NCBI GenBank assembly: GCA_038204755.1
Contig: JBBRCO010000002.1
Coordinates: 8,404 to 72,403 of the forward strand
DNA from: Verrucomicrobiales bacterium
GTDB lineage: Bacteria; Verrucomicrobiota; Verrucomicrobiia; Verrucomicrobiales; Akkermansiaceae
DNA: 64,000 nucleotides
Reading direction: 5' to 3'
Of this stretch, positions 20,201 to 30,903 are shown in pieces (positions within the stretch are counted from its first letter, which is position 1; every line of letters starts with the position of its first letter). The notes beneath the pieces were generated by a model, which saw nothing but the letters and a program-made list of their open reading frames with translations, had not been told where the DNA came from and made no database searches. Both the position numbers and the translations under genes were made by a program.

Positions 20201-21562
20201 ATGTGGTGTGTGTCAGTCAAAAACCCTAAATCATCAAATGGAGCCGCTTCCCGGCTCCATGTAACCTATCTCTTCAGCTTTGCCGCCGCGTGCATGGCGC
20301 TCGTGGCCGTTCCTGCCGTTGCCGCTTCCTCGCCGTTGCCGGTTTCCCTTCATACGGTGAAGCTCGCGTGGAACGCCGTGCAGGAAGAAGGTGTCTCCGG
20401 CTACCGCATTTACGCAGGAACCGGGAGCCATCAATACAGCACGACTTACGACACGGGTTCCGCCGTTTCCTACTCCATCACCGGAATTGAACCGGGAAGA
20501 CCTTACTATTTCGCGGTAAAGGCTCTCGCCATCGGTGGTCTTGAAAGCGATCTCTCAGACGAGCTCGTGGTGACCATATCACCGAGCCCGTTAGCGATGG
20601 CAGACAATTACACAGCCACGCGCAACACGCCGTTGGTCGTGCCGGCGGCAGGTGTGCTGGCGAATGACAGGGACGTCGGTTCCTATGTTCTAACCGCAGT
20701 TGCGGTTTCAGGGCCGTCGCATGGCGGCATCGTGCTGAACGCTGACGGCGGATTTATCTACACGCCGGCGGACGGTTATATCGGCGCGGATTCGTTCTCC
20801 TATTATGCAAACGACGGCTTCGCCCATTCGCCGGTTGTGACCGTTTCGATCCAGGTGGTGCCGAGCCGTCAGTTGATCGTGAACGGCAGTTTCGAGTCGG
20901 GCTTTTACGGCTGGGATGCCAGTGGCAACGGGGTGTTGGAAACGGCCGGAACCTACGTGCCGAGCCATGGTGGCAAGCTGGTGGTCTTCAACAAACTGGA
21001 CCAGCAGCCCAACGGTGTTCTATCACAAATGTTTCCGACGGTGGCTGGTGCAAGCTATACCGTCCAGTTCGACGCCGGGGTGTTTGCCTATAACACCAAT
21101 CCCCAGACGGTGGCCGTCACGGTGACCGGCGAAAACGTAATGCTTTCCAGAACCGTCACGGTCAATGGAGCTGGCGAGGGCTTCAGCCGCTGGCTTCCGC
21201 AGAGTTTTACATTCATTGCGGATACTGGCACCGCGACGATCAGGTTCCGTGACACGTCCGTCAGCGCCACGGCCACCGATCTTCTGTTGGACAACGTCCG
21301 GGTGACCGGCGCGGATGCCTCAAGTGCGATCCCGGTTCTGGCAGGAAGCGTCGATGTTCCCGCGCTGGCGGGGGTTCCCGGAGCTTCCCGGATCGGTATG
21401 AATGCTTCCAAGGCGGGTTCCTATGTTCTGGAGCGCTCGGAAGATCTCAGGAGCTGGGTGGAAGTCGGGACCGTGGTGCTTTCCGCTCCTGGGCCTGTGG
21501 AGTTCGCCGATGACGGCGTGCCGTCGAACGGGAAGATGTTCTATCGGATCGGGTTTCGTTAG
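20201..21562 (+). CDS. Secreted protein: fibronectin III + Ig/cadherin-like + DUF642-like carbohydrate-binding domain + C-terminal Verrucomicrobia-style tail
   Basis: Signal-like N-terminus; LAWN...YRIY...YYFAVKA; GVLAND.D...GPSHG...F.YTP; NGSFE...LLDNV; LERSEDL..W...FYR. Confidence 0.75.
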   Translation: MWCVSVKNPKSSNGAASRLHVTYLFSFAAACMALVAVPAVAASSPLPVSLHTVKLAWNAVQEEGVSGYRIYAGTGSHQYSTTYDTGSAVSYSITGIEPGRPYYFAVKALAIGGLESDLSDELVVTISPSPLAMADNYTATRNTPLVVPAAGVLANDRDVGSYVLTAVAVSGPSHGGIVLNADGGFIYTPADGYIGADSFSYYANDGFAHSPVVTVSIQVVPSRQLIVNGSFESGFYGWDASGNGVLETAGTYVPSHGGKLVVFNKLDQQPNGVLSQMFPTVAGASYTVQFDAGVFAYNTNPQTVAVTVTGENVMLSRTVTVNGAGEGFSRWLPQSFTFIADTGTATIRFRDTSVSATATDLLLDNVRVTGADASSAIPVLAGSVDVPALAGVPGASRIGMNASKAGSYVLERSEDLRSWVEVGTVVLSAPGPVEFADDGVPSNGKMFYRIGFR

Positions 21563-21844
21563 GAATAAATAGATGATGGATGGTGTCCGCCACGTTGCGA
21601 TCCTCCGCGTCCTTGGAAGGGGCCGCGCAGACCGTGGGTTTCTCCTGGCCGATCGCTATCCCAGACTCTGCAGAATTTTTCCACTCACCGAAAGGAACTG
21701 GTAGGGACGTCAAGTTGGTTGTGAGGCACCTGTCAGCGATAGCTTGGAATGTCGATTCGTGGACAAAAATATTTTTCCTGCGATCTTGTAATTTCAAGAT
21801 GGACCTGAGATTTTCAACTCACTCCTGCCTCAGGCAGGAAATCA

Positions 21845-23182
21845 ATGGAAAACCCTATCATGTCCACCCAGCCAGTATGCACCTCACCCGTCCCGAGATC
21901 GATCCTCGTGCCGTTCATCCTCGTCACCAGTTTGTTCGCGCTTTGGGGCTTCGCGAATGACATCACCAATCCGATGGTGGCAGCATTTAAGAATATCCTG
22001 CTAATCAGTAATTTCGAGAGTTCGCTGGTGCAGTTCGCCTTCTATGGCGGCTACTGCGTGATGGCGATTCCGGCGGCGATCTTCATCCAGAAATTCAGTT
22101 ATAAGAAGGGCCTGCTGATGGGACTCTTCCTGTATGCTCTTGGCTGCCTGTTGTTCATTCCCTCCGGCATACTGATGCAGTTCTGGGCCTTTTTGCTGTC
22201 CTACTTCATCATGACGTGCGGGCTTTCGTTTTTGGAAACAAGTGCGAACCCGTATATTCTTGCTCTCGGGCCGGAGGAAACCGCCACGCGACGGCTCAAT
22301 CTCGCCCAAGCATTCAATCCGCTCGGATCCATCACCGGTATGTTCGTCGCGAGCAACCTGGTCCTCTCCAATCTCAACCCTACAACCGAAGCGGAACGCA
22401 TGGTGCTTCAGAAGAACTCGCCGGAAGTATTCACCGCCATTCAAAAGGCGGACCTCGGAGTGATTATCGGTCCTTACACCGTGCTCGGCGTGGTGGTGCT
22501 GGCCGTGCTGGTCGTATTCGCGATCTATAAATTGCCCGCTGGACGGAACGAGGCGGATCACGATATCCACTTCGGTGGCACGATGAAGCGTTTGTTCAGC
22601 ACTCCGCGTTACATCTGGGGCGTCGTCGCCCAGGCGTTTTACGTCGGTGCGCAAATCATGATTTGGACCTTCATCATCCAGTACGCGGGCAATGAGCTCG
22701 GCATGGAAAAGGCCACGGCGCAGCGGTATAACATCCTGGCCATGGCGATTTTTGTCACCAGTCGCTTCATCTGCACCCTGCTGCTCAAGTATGTCAGCCC
22801 GGGAGGTTTGCTAGGCGCGCTCGCCATCGGTGGATTCCTTCTCACGCTCAGTGCGATCTTCATCCAGGGCATGACGGGACTCTACTGCCTCATCGGCATT
22901 TCCGCCTGCATGTCGTTGATGTTCCCGACCATTTATGGAATCGCCCTTGAGGGGCTGCGCGGGGATGCCAAGCTTGGTGCCGCAGGCCTGATCTTCGCCA
23001 TCGGTGGCGGCTGCCTGATGACTCCCCTGCAGGGAGCAATCATGGACATGCAGGCGTTCAGAATCGGTGGCATGGTTCTATCCAGCACTCGCGCCTCGTT
23101 TTTCCTGCCAGCCCTCTGCTTCGTGGTCATCGCCGCCTACGGCATTTGGGTGAAAAACCACAAGTCGCGCGTAGCGGGGTGA
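21845..23182 (+). CDS. fucP: L-fucose:H+ symporter (MFS)
   Basis: LFALWGFAND, LETSANPY, RRLNLAQAFNPLG, SLMFPTI; adjacent to fucI. Confidence 0.9.
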   Translation: MENPIMSTQPVCTSPVPRSILVPFILVTSLFALWGFANDITNPMVAAFKNILLISNFESSLVQFAFYGGYCVMAIPAAIFIQKFSYKKGLLMGLFLYALGCLLFIPSGILMQFWAFLLSYFIMTCGLSFLETSANPYILALGPEETATRRLNLAQAFNPLGSITGMFVASNLVLSNLNPTTEAERMVLQKNSPEVFTAIQKADLGVIIGPYTVLGVVVLAVLVVFAIYKLPAGRNEADHDIHFGGTMKRLFSTPRYIWGVVAQAFYVGAQIMIWTFIIQYAGNELGMEKATAQRYNILAMAIFVTSRFICTLLLKYVSPGGLLGALAIGGFLLTLSAIFIQGMTGLYCLIGISACMSLMFPTIYGIALEGLRGDAKLGAAGLIFAIGGGCLMTPLQGAIMDMQAFRIGGMVLSSTRASFFLPALCFVVIAAYGIWVKNHKSRVAG

Positions 23183-23251
23183 TTCCGGCGGGTTGAAATT
23201 CCGAAAATCTCCGGAGCGGTGGTGGCTCCAGGGTTTTGTTGATCCAACCGA

Positions 23252-25033
23252 TCAGGCCTTGCCGTAAAGCGGGCCGTAGTTCGCGCAGGCGCGGAAGTCC
23301 GCGCCTTCGAGATCAGCGGTGCCGAAGGCGGTCCAGGCACTCGGGCGGAAGACGCGGGCGTCGCTGACGTTATGCATGTAAACCGGAATGCGCAGCATGG
23401 ACGCCAGCGTTAGATAGAGATGGCCGATGTGGCCGCAGGTCATGACGCAGTGGTTGGCACCCCAGTGGTTCATCACCTCGTAGGCGCTGGTGAAGGCACC
23501 TTTTCCTGTTAGCGTCGGGGCGAACCAGGTGGTCGGCCAGGTCGGGTTAGTGCGCAGATCGAGCGCGTCGTGCATATCATCTGGCAGATCGACGGTATAG
23601 CCCTCTGCGATTTGCAGGGCAGGTCCGAGTCCGTCCACGAGGTTCAGCCGGATCATGGTGGCAGGCATGCCGCCGCGGGTGCGGTAGCGCGTGCTGAGTC
23701 CGCCGCCGGGGAAATACTCGGTGATGGACGGATGCCAGGTGGTAGCCTTGAGGCACTTTTCCACCTCGGCGTCGGTGATGTCCCAGAAGGGTTTCATCGT
23801 GGGAATGCCGTCGGTTTCCTGCTCGCCGGTGCCATCGAGCGCGGCCGGGCCGGAGTTGATGAGGTGGAGGATGCCATCGGCGACTAACGGATGGTTGAAC
23901 GACTTGCCGCTGGCGGTTTTGATCGCCCCGGTGCTCCAGTAGGTGCGGAGGTCGGCGAAGATCTGGGCAGTGTTGGTGAGCAGGTAACCGAAGAGCATGC
24001 CGGCGCCGTTGAGCGCGTCGTTTTCTGTGGCGATGATGAAAGGAGCGCGCTTGCCGTTCCAGTCGAAGGAGGAGTTGAGGATGGCTTCGAGGAAATCTCC
24101 GTTAGGAAAATGATCGGTCCACTGGCGCTGACCTTGGAAGCCGGAAACAATCGCGTTGTGGCCATGTGCCTGCTCGGCGAGGCCCATTTCCTTGAGTTTG
24201 GGATTGCCGACCATCAGGTCGCGGGCGATGAGCGCCATCTTTACGCTGTCTTCCCATTCCTTGTCGATCTGCTCGCGAGACCGCGTGGTGGTGGGGGAGT
24301 TGTGGTCCTTTCCTTCCGGGCAGTTTTTTTTCACCCAGGCGAGAGCCTTTTCATACTCTTCCTGATCATACTGGCCCTTCGTCATGCGGCCGACGAACTC
24401 AGTCAAGTCGATGGCTTCCACACGCATGCCAAACCATTTTTCCCACAGCTTCGAATCGATTGCCGAACCGGCGATGCCCATCGAAGTGCCGCCCATGGAA
24501 AGATAGCTCTTGCCGCGCATCAGGCTAACAGCGAGTCCGCATTGGACGAAGGAAAGCAATTTGGCACGCACGTCGGCGGGGATTTCCGTGTCGCTGGCGG
24601 ACTGGACGTCCTTGCCATAGATGCCGAAAGCGGGGAGTCCCTTTTGCGTATAACAGGCAAGCACTGCTGCCAGATAGACCGCTCCGGGGCGCTCGGTGCC
24701 GTTGAATCCCCAGACGGCCTTCGGCAAATGCGGATCCACGTCCATCGTTTCCGAGCCGTAACACCAGCAGGGGGTGACGGTGAGGGAAACGCCGACGTTA
24801 GAGAGCCGGAACTTGTCCGCGCAGGCGGCGGCTTCAGCGACCCCACCGATGCAGGTGTCTGCGATGACGCACTCGACAGGCGTACCGTCCGGATAGCGGA
24901 GTTCAGCAGTGATCAACGCAGCGACGGATCGGGCCTGCTGCATGGTGCGCTCTTCAAGGGATTCCCTGACGCCTCCCAGGCGTCCGTCAATTGCCGGACG
25001 AATGCCGATTCTTGGATTTGGTGAGTTTTGCAT
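23252..25033 (-). CDS. fucI: L-fucose isomerase
   Basis: [50 protein letters not shown]. Confidence 0.97.
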   Translation of the reverse strand: MQNSPNPRIGIRPAIDGRLGGVRESLEERTMQQARSVAALITAELRYPDGTPVECVIADTCIGGVAEAAACADKFRLSNVGVSLTVTPCWCYGSETMDVDPHLPKAVWGFNGTERPGAVYLAAVLACYTQKGLPAFGIYGKDVQSASDTEIPADVRAKLLSFVQCGLAVSLMRGKSYLSMGGTSMGIAGSAIDSKLWEKWFGMRVEAIDLTEFVGRMTKGQYDQEEYEKALAWVKKNCPEGKDHNSPTTTRSREQIDKEWEDSVKMALIARDLMVGNPKLKEMGLAEQAHGHNAIVSGFQGQRQWTDHFPNGDFLEAILNSSFDWNGKRAPFIIATENDALNGAGMLFGYLLTNTAQIFADLRTYWSTGAIKTASGKSFNHPLVADGILHLINSGPAALDGTGEQETDGIPTMKPFWDITDAEVEKCLKATTWHPSITEYFPGGGLSTRYRTRGGMPATMIRLNLVDGLGPALQIAEGYTVDLPDDMHDALDLRTNPTWPTTWFAPTLTGKGAFTSAYEVMNHWGANHCVMTCGHIGHLYLTLASMLRIPVYMHNVSDARVFRPSAWTAFGTADLEGADFRACANYGPLYGKA

Positions 25034-25226
25034 AAAATGACGACCGTGGTCGGAAAGTAACGCAATCTTTGTCATGCTGCCTACGCTTGTCATTAAAAAT
25101 TTCGACATTTCTGAGGAAATGGGGTGTCTTTTCGATTTCGGAATCACCCGGCAACCGGCATGATAAAACTTCGTTCAATAGATGATTTTGTCTTTGTTTT
25201 CTGCGGTGTATCTGCTGACCTCGCGC

Positions 25227-26105
25227 ATGAACGAAACTCACGATGCCACTCTCTTCGTTTCGCAGCAGGTCGAATCGTCACGGTTGTTTTTCCTCGATAG
25301 TGCCGCGGATATTGATTTTGCGGTGGTTTTCGGCGGCTTCGAGAGCTGTGGCCCTGACTACCGAATCGACCGCAGCAATTTCCCATGGTTCTCGCTCGAA
25401 TTCGTCAGCCGTGGGGCGGGCACGCTCTGCCTGGATGGCGTGCAAGAGATCCTCAGGCCGGGCAGCTTTTTCCTCTATGGCCCGAACCAGCCCCATCGGA
25501 TAGAGAGCGTGTCTGATAATCCGCTGGGCAAGTACTTCGTCGGCTTCAAGGGGGCTGGCGTGGAGGCGTTTCTCGAAAAATACGACATCCGCCCCGGGTA
25601 TATCTCGCGTTGTTTGAAGGGGGAGCCGATCCGGCGCACCTTCGACACGCTGATTGATCGCGGTGTCCGGAAATCGCGGCTCGCGGTACCGCTGTGCGCC
25701 GGCATCACCCGCCAGCTCCTGCTCATGTGCCGTGACGACGCGACGGATCTCGGAAACACGGACACGCTGGCCTTCGCCACCTACACCCGTGTGAAGGAAT
25801 ACATCGAGAAGAACTACCTAGACCTCAACAAGCTAGAAGCGATCGCGAAATCCTGCGAATTGGACGGGCCGTATCTCTGCCGCCTTTTCGCGCGATTTCA
25901 CGACGAGAGCCCCTATCAGTTTCTAACTCGTCTGCGGATGACGTATGCTTCGTGCATTCTGTTGGAAAGTGACGCCACCGTGAAGGAGGTGGCCGCCGTT
26001 CTCGGCTTCAAGGATGCCTTCCATTTCTCGCGGGTTTTTAAATCCGTCCACCACGCACCGCCATCGCGCTTCCGGCAGTCCATGCACCGGCAATGGCGCG
26101 CCTGA
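25227..26105 (+). CDS. AraC family transcriptional regulator (likely fucose locus)
   Basis: Cupin-like N-terminus; C-terminal HTH VKEVA..LGF.D.FHFSRVFK; divergent from fucI. Confidence 0.9.
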   Translation: MNETHDATLFVSQQVESSRLFFLDSAADIDFAVVFGGFESCGPDYRIDRSNFPWFSLEFVSRGAGTLCLDGVQEILRPGSFFLYGPNQPHRIESVSDNPLGKYFVGFKGAGVEAFLEKYDIRPGYISRCLKGEPIRRTFDTLIDRGVRKSRLAVPLCAGITRQLLLMCRDDATDLGNTDTLAFATYTRVKEYIEKNYLDLNKLEAIAKSCELDGPYLCRLFARFHDESPYQFLTRLRMTYASCILLESDATVKEVAAVLGFKDAFHFSRVFKSVHHAPPSRFRQSMHRQWRA

Positions 26106-26127
26106 CATCATTCATCCAACACCCATC

Positions 26128-26517
26128 ATGCTTAAATCAGGCATCCTCAATCCGCACGTCCTCGATCTCGTCGCCCGCATCCGCCACACGAACACCCTCG
26201 TGATTTCCGACGGGGCGTTTCCTTTCTGGCCGGGAATCGAAACCGTGGACATCTCGCTCACCCACAACATTCCAACCGTGCTCGACGTGCTGGACCTGCT
26301 CACACCGGTTTTCCACATCGGGCGGATCTGGCAAGCGGAGGAGTTCGTCACCATCAACTCGCAGGACATCGTCGGACGCTACGCAAAATCTTTCGGAGAA
26401 ATTCCATTTTTCCGCGAGGCCCACGTCGATTTCAAGAAGCGCGTGCCGTATGCCATCGGTCTGATCCGCACTGGTGACGTGACGCCGTACGGTAATCTTA
26501 TCCTGGAGTCGGCCTGA
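26128..26517 (+). CDS. RbsD/FucU family sugar mutarotase/pyranase
   Basis: HTNTLVISD..FP, IRTGD.TPYGN. Confidence 0.88.
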   Translation: MLKSGILNPHVLDLVARIRHTNTLVISDGAFPFWPGIETVDISLTHNIPTVLDVLDLLTPVFHIGRIWQAEEFVTINSQDIVGRYAKSFGEIPFFREAHVDFKKRVPYAIGLIRTGDVTPYGNLILESA

Positions 26518-26518
26518 T

Positions 26519-27775
26519 TCACACCAGATCTAATAGATCGGCGAGAATGCGGTCGAGCCGGTCCTGCGAGTGATCATCGCGGTAGGCTGCGAAGTCTGGA
26601 GCGAGCGCTTGTCCGCCGCCGCCCTTGCCCGCGAGCAGTAGGGGAATCGCGGCGAGCGCTGCTTCCGCGCTGCCTTCGGGAATGCTGATGCCTAGCTGAT
26701 AGTTCTCCACCCGGCTTCCGATGCATTCCCCGGCGGTGGCGATGCAGGGGATTTCAAACGCCGCGGCCTTGCTGAGCGTGCCGCTGCTGCCTTGGAATTT
26801 TTCGTAAGCGACCCAGGCGATGTCGAAGGTCGAGAACAGCGAGTTGTAGTCCGCCTCATCCGGGACGCGGCCGGCGGCGGGATCGAAATGCAGGTTGTCA
26901 ATTTCGCCGCTCGCGATTTTTTCCACGATCGTCCCGATCTTCTCCCGCTCTGTGGCGCTGTATTCCTGTAAGCGAATCATGCCGGCGCAGACAAAGTAGT
27001 AGGGCAGTGCCTTGGCGCGCGCCAGTTCTGCCGTGCGCAGCAGTGTGAGGAACCCCTTACGGCGTTCCAATCCGATGATACCGATGATGCCACTCCCGGC
27101 GGCCTGTTGTTTCACCGCGGCCGCGAGTGGAGAAGGCTGTGCGGGAAGGTTGGTCTGGGTGATGTCCGGATAGGCGATGATGTTTTTCCCGCTGAGTCTT
27201 TCCATTGCTGGAATGAAGCGCTCGTCGAGCACGCCGATGCCGGGACAAAGGCCGCTCTGCAGGATGGCGTCGCCCTTGGCTAACAATCTTAACGACTTTT
27301 TCGGTGACGGCTTCTCACCGTGATGGTGGTTCCTCAGATAGAGGCCGCTCCACGGGCGGTTCAGCAGGAATTGGGGGATGCCGGAAAACGGAAGAAAGCG
27401 CAGGTAGCTGTCGAGATAGGGAAAATAGACAAGATCCGCGATCATTCCACTCAGTGCCTCCGCATCTGCCAGATGATCGGCGGCGCTTTTCCATCGGAGG
27501 AAGGTGCGCAACGGATCGCCCTCGAAGCGGCCGTTGAAGAAGCTGCGTTTTCCGCTGGGAAGTTCTTGGAAATGGACGCGTCCTTCCAGATCCGTGGCCT
27601 CTCCTTTGATCGCCTTGCGCAAGTCCGCCATCGCCGCATCCGGCGCGGGGCAGAGTCCGATCACGTTCGCCCCGTTCCTCAGGAATGACGCCGTGAACTG
27701 GCTGAAATACATCGGATGATGTCCGATCCACAAGGGATCGACGAGTGCCACAGTTTTTGTTCGGAGAGAACTCAT
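26519..27775 (-). CDS. Glycosyltransferase (GT-B like)
   Basis: DP...GHH N-terminus, RKG, SSG.L..AA....P.I motifs; within a polysaccharide cluster. Confidence 0.75.
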   Translation of the reverse strand: MSSLRTKTVALVDPLWIGHHPMYFSQFTASFLRNGANVIGLCPAPDAAMADLRKAIKGEATDLEGRVHFQELPSGKRSFFNGRFEGDPLRTFLRWKSAADHLADAEALSGMIADLVYFPYLDSYLRFLPFSGIPQFLLNRPWSGLYLRNHHHGEKPSPKKSLRLLAKGDAILQSGLCPGIGVLDERFIPAMERLSGKNIIAYPDITQTNLPAQPSPLAAAVKQQAAGSGIIGIIGLERRKGFLTLLRTAELARAKALPYYFVCAGMIRLQEYSATEREKIGTIVEKIASGEIDNLHFDPAAGRVPDEADYNSLFSTFDIAWVAYEKFQGSSGTLSKAAAFEIPCIATAGECIGSRVENYQLGISIPEGSAEAALAAIPLLLAGKGGGGQALAPDFAAYRDDHSQDRLDRILADLLDLV

Positions 27776-29163
27776 GCGGCGTGGACAGGAAGGGGGTGAG
27801 CCGTGGTGTGGATCCACGAGGAGCGGACCATGAACGCCTGCGGCAGGCCGACCATCATGCCGAAGAAGATACCCACGAGGCGCTCTTGGAACGGATTGGC
27901 GGTTAGGGTTTCGCTGATGAGGCAGCAAGTGGCCACGAACGGGAGAAATGAGAGCCACTGGTCCGGCCCGGGATCGGACGCGTTCGCCCGCGCGGAAAGC
28001 AGGCTAAAGGCGCAGGTGCCTCCGAACAGCAGAAGGTAGCAGGCAACCGCGATCACGCCTCCTGATAGAAGTCCGTAGGTCCATACCGAGTGCCCGGCGA
28101 ACCAGATGTCATCGAAGCTCTCACCCTCCTTCGGAATTACCAGATAGATTTCCGGTAGGTAGGCGGGATCCCAGTAATATGACGAACCGATGCCACGGCC
28201 GTTGATGAAGTGCAAGGGATCCGCGCTGAGAATTTTCAGGATCGCGTCCGCCTCGGCCATGCGGGTGAGGTAGGAGATGTCGGATCCGAGGTTCTGTGCG
28301 GCGGCGTTGTGGAAAAGCCGCTCGTTCCAGCGCTCCAGCATGATCGGTTGGACGAGGGCGACGGCGACGAGCGCGAAGACCATCAGCGCGCCGGCCGCGC
28401 CCACCGGCAGCAGCCGCTGGAACAGGCTGGACCATTGGAACTGCCTCCAGGACACGCCGAGTATGAAACAAACCGAACACGCCAGTGCCGAGGCGATGAC
28501 GGGAAAGAACAGCGAGCGGGTCACGGTGATGAGGATGCCAGCAAAAAGTATGCCGCTGGCGAACAACAAACTCCAGTGGAAGCGGCTGCGTAGGAGCACC
28601 GCACAGCCGATCCACGCCGCGACCCAGTTGGTCGCCGGGCTTTGCACTTCTAGCCGCACTGTTTCCAACGTCGCGGAGGTGAATACCAGCCCGTGGAAAA
28701 TCCGCCAGACGACGTTGGTGCAGGCGGCGATGAAAATCGGGCGCACAATCCGCGACGGCGGTATGCCCATGCAGCCTGCGATGTGGGCGTTGGTCATGCC
28801 GAACAGACAGAGAATCAGCGGCAGGATCACGCGAATGGAGCGACCGGGAGAAACTCCCTGCAGCGCGGCGTTCGCCAGCATGTAGGCCATGAAGAGCGCC
28901 CAGAAACCGATCAGCCAGGCACCGGGCCTCACGGTTAGAAAACGCCAGCCCAGTGCCACGATCCCTGCGGTGGAACAGATGCAGGCACCGAGGAAAACGA
29001 GCTGGTCAAGTCCCGTGCTGCCGCCGCTGACATTGGAAATCTCGTTGCGGTGGTCCAGCGCGAAGGAGAGCATGAACACCCAGATCAGCCGTTCCACCCA
29101 GACGGCTTCGCGGGCCTCTGGGAGGATGATGTGGTCCGGGGGATCTGCTGCGGCGAAAAGCAC
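27772..29163 (-). CDS. O-antigen ligase/polymerase (Wzy/WaaL)-like membrane protein
   Basis: Multiple TM helices, T.TRS, G.G.G loop, conserved H (GHS); flanked by glycosyltransferases. Confidence 0.7.
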   Translation of the reverse strand: MLFAAADPPDHIILPEAREAVWVERLIWVFMLSFALDHRNEISNVSGGSTGLDQLVFLGACICSTAGIVALGWRFLTVRPGAWLIGFWALFMAYMLANAALQGVSPGRSIRVILPLILCLFGMTNAHIAGCMGIPPSRIVRPIFIAACTNVVWRIFHGLVFTSATLETVRLEVQSPATNWVAAWIGCAVLLRSRFHWSLLFASGILFAGILITVTRSLFFPVIASALACSVCFILGVSWRQFQWSSLFQRLLPVGAAGALMVFALVAVALVQPIMLERWNERLFHNAAAQNLGSDISYLTRMAEADAILKILSADPLHFINGRGIGSSYYWDPAYLPEIYLVIPKEGESFDDIWFAGHSVWTYGLLSGGVIAVACYLLLFGGTCAFSLLSARANASDPGPDQWLSFLPFVATCCLISETLTANPFQERLVGIFFGMMVGLPQAFMVRSSWIHTTAHPLPVHAA

Positions 29164-29168
29164 GGGAA

Positions 29169-30365
29169 TTACATGGCCAGGATTCGATCAAAAATCGCGG
29201 CGGTCTTCTCAATGGGAAACGTCTCCTCGGCGTAAGCGCGGGCGTTGGTGGCAAGCTCCGATCGCAGGCTGCCGGACTCATACAAGCGCGCTGCTGCGGT
29301 TAGAAATCCGTCGAGGTCGCCCGGCGCGACGGTCAGGCCCGCCGTATGGTCGCGGGTGATGCGGGCCGCGAGGTTGTCGAGCGGCATCGCCAGCAGGAGC
29401 GGGCGTCCGGCGCAGAGGTAGCTGAGCGTTTTCGAAGGAACCGAAAATGTTCCCGCCTCCTCTTCGAGAATCCCGACGAGAACGTCGCCGGAAGCGAGCA
29501 CCTCCGGCAGGTCGCGGAACGGTTGATAGGGTAGGATCATCAGATTGGTCAGGTTCGCGGCGGCGGCCTCCTTGCGCAGCCAATCCGCGCCGATGCCTTC
29601 GGAAACGATCACGACGCGCACCTTCGGATCTCCGGAATGGCGGCGGGCGAGTTCCAACAACATCGCCGGATTGTGCTTCATGCCAATGGTGCCGGAATAC
29701 AGATAGACGAACTTGTCATGCAGCACATGCCGACGGGACCATGCGTTGTCCTTCGGGAGCACCGGGATTTCCTCAATCAAAGCCCAGTTAGGGACGACTG
29801 AAACCAGTGAGGGATCGACCCCGAACTCACTTGATAGAATGGGCGTGAAATCCTCGGTGATGGCGATGATGCGCGAGCTGCGTCCGAACTGGCGGCGGTC
29901 CAGATGGCGGTACCACGCGCCCACCCATGCTCCGGCGACAGGGATCTTGCGGCGGAGGATCTTATCTACGGCGAGACTGTAGAAATCCTGCACCCAGTAG
30001 TAGAAACGCCCGCCGTCGGCGATGGCAGCGCGGGTGATCGGCTCCTGAGTCTCGGTGGGGGTGTTTCCAGAAAGCACAGCGTCAGGCTTCCAAGCAGTGA
30101 TGAACCTTGCGACCTCTTTACCGTAACAAACCTCCATATTTCGTCGGCGGCGGAAGGAATACTTGTAGCGCACGTAGTTCGGATTCATTTGGATTTCCCG
30201 GAACTCGAGGGTGGGGGAATCGCCGGCTTTCCTGGCCAGATCTCCGCGTGGAGTTTGCAACGAGCTCGCAAACGCATGCACCACATCGTGCCCGCGAGCC
30301 GCCAGGGCACGGCTCAGAGAGGTCGGAAAGGCGTGGCCTGCGTAGTCGTGAACGACAATTCTCAT
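29169..30365 (-). CDS. Glycosyltransferase family 4 (WcaI-like)
   Basis: WVQD, VPNW, LYSGTIG.KH, PYQP, VPSK. Confidence 0.88.
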   Translation of the reverse strand: MRIVVHDYAGHAFPTSLSRALAARGHDVVHAFASSLQTPRGDLARKAGDSPTLEFREIQMNPNYVRYKYSFRRRRNMEVCYGKEVARFITAWKPDAVLSGNTPTETQEPITRAAIADGGRFYYWVQDFYSLAVDKILRRKIPVAGAWVGAWYRHLDRRQFGRSSRIIAITEDFTPILSSEFGVDPSLVSVVPNWALIEEIPVLPKDNAWSRRHVLHDKFVYLYSGTIGMKHNPAMLLELARRHSGDPKVRVVIVSEGIGADWLRKEAAAANLTNLMILPYQPFRDLPEVLASGDVLVGILEEEAGTFSVPSKTLSYLCAGRPLLLAMPLDNLAARITRDHTAGLTVAPGDLDGFLTAAARLYESGSLRSELATNARAYAEETFPIEKTAAIFDRILAM

Positions 30366-30525
30366 ACAAGGGGGAACAACGGAAGTATCTGACAGCGAAC
30401 GGCTCACTCTATATCGCGGGCAGCCACTGTCAACGGTCCCACTCCACGTGATCACGTAGCTGTTGGGCGAATCCGTTCCGCTGGGGGAACGGATTATTTT
30501 TTGTTATGGGAATCTCCAATAAGGT

Positions 30526-30559
30526 GTTTCAGTTCGTGCCCCCCCGCGTAGGGGGCGAA
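30526..30559 (-). CRISPR. Single degenerate type I-C-like CRISPR repeat (no array)
   Basis: Minus strand TTCGCCCCCTACGCGGGGGGGCACGAACTGAAAC: hairpin plus terminal TGAAAC, downstream of the leader and cas2 remnant. Confidence 0.7.
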
Positions 30560-30790
30560 GGCGGGAGTCTGGAATCCTTTCCGTGGTAGGGAAAGAACAG
30601 ACTGTTCCGCAAACCTCCTGAGTTTTCGCTCAGGGAGGCAAAATTATTTTCAACCGAGGATGTCAAAGAACAGAAGCAGCAGGCCCAGCTGCTGGCGCGA
30701 CCCTTTCGGGGATTTTGAGATCGCTTGGGGTTTGCGGAGCGGTTGGCGGGCTGCCGGATGGATGGTGGGCGGCGACTCTCCCCCGAAGCT
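30560..30790 (-). promoter_or_regulatory. Type I-C-like CRISPR leader remnant
   Basis: Minus strand GCAAACCCCAAGCG...AAATCCCCG...GGTCGCG and GGAGGTTTGCG motifs between the cas2 end and the repeat. Confidence 0.55.
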
Positions 30791-30792
30791 CG

Positions 30793-30903
30793 AACCACAA
30801 GCGGCCCTTCAATATCGTAGCCACCGTTCGCCCCGTGGTGCTCGACCTTGTGGTGCCAGTTGCCGCCGAGATGATAGAAGCGGAGGCTCTCGGTTTTCGG
30901 ATT
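30793..30903 (-). pseudogene. cas2: cas2 (type I-C) C-terminal fragment
   Basis: NPKTESLRFYHLGGNWHHKVEHHGANGGYDIEGPLVV matches the I-C Cas2 C-terminus; N-terminal YDV motif absent; expected stop reads CGA. Confidence 0.8.

Noticed and set aside
30526-30559. Functional CRISPR array
   Set aside because: Only one degenerate repeat, no spacer-repeat unit and no intact cas genes.
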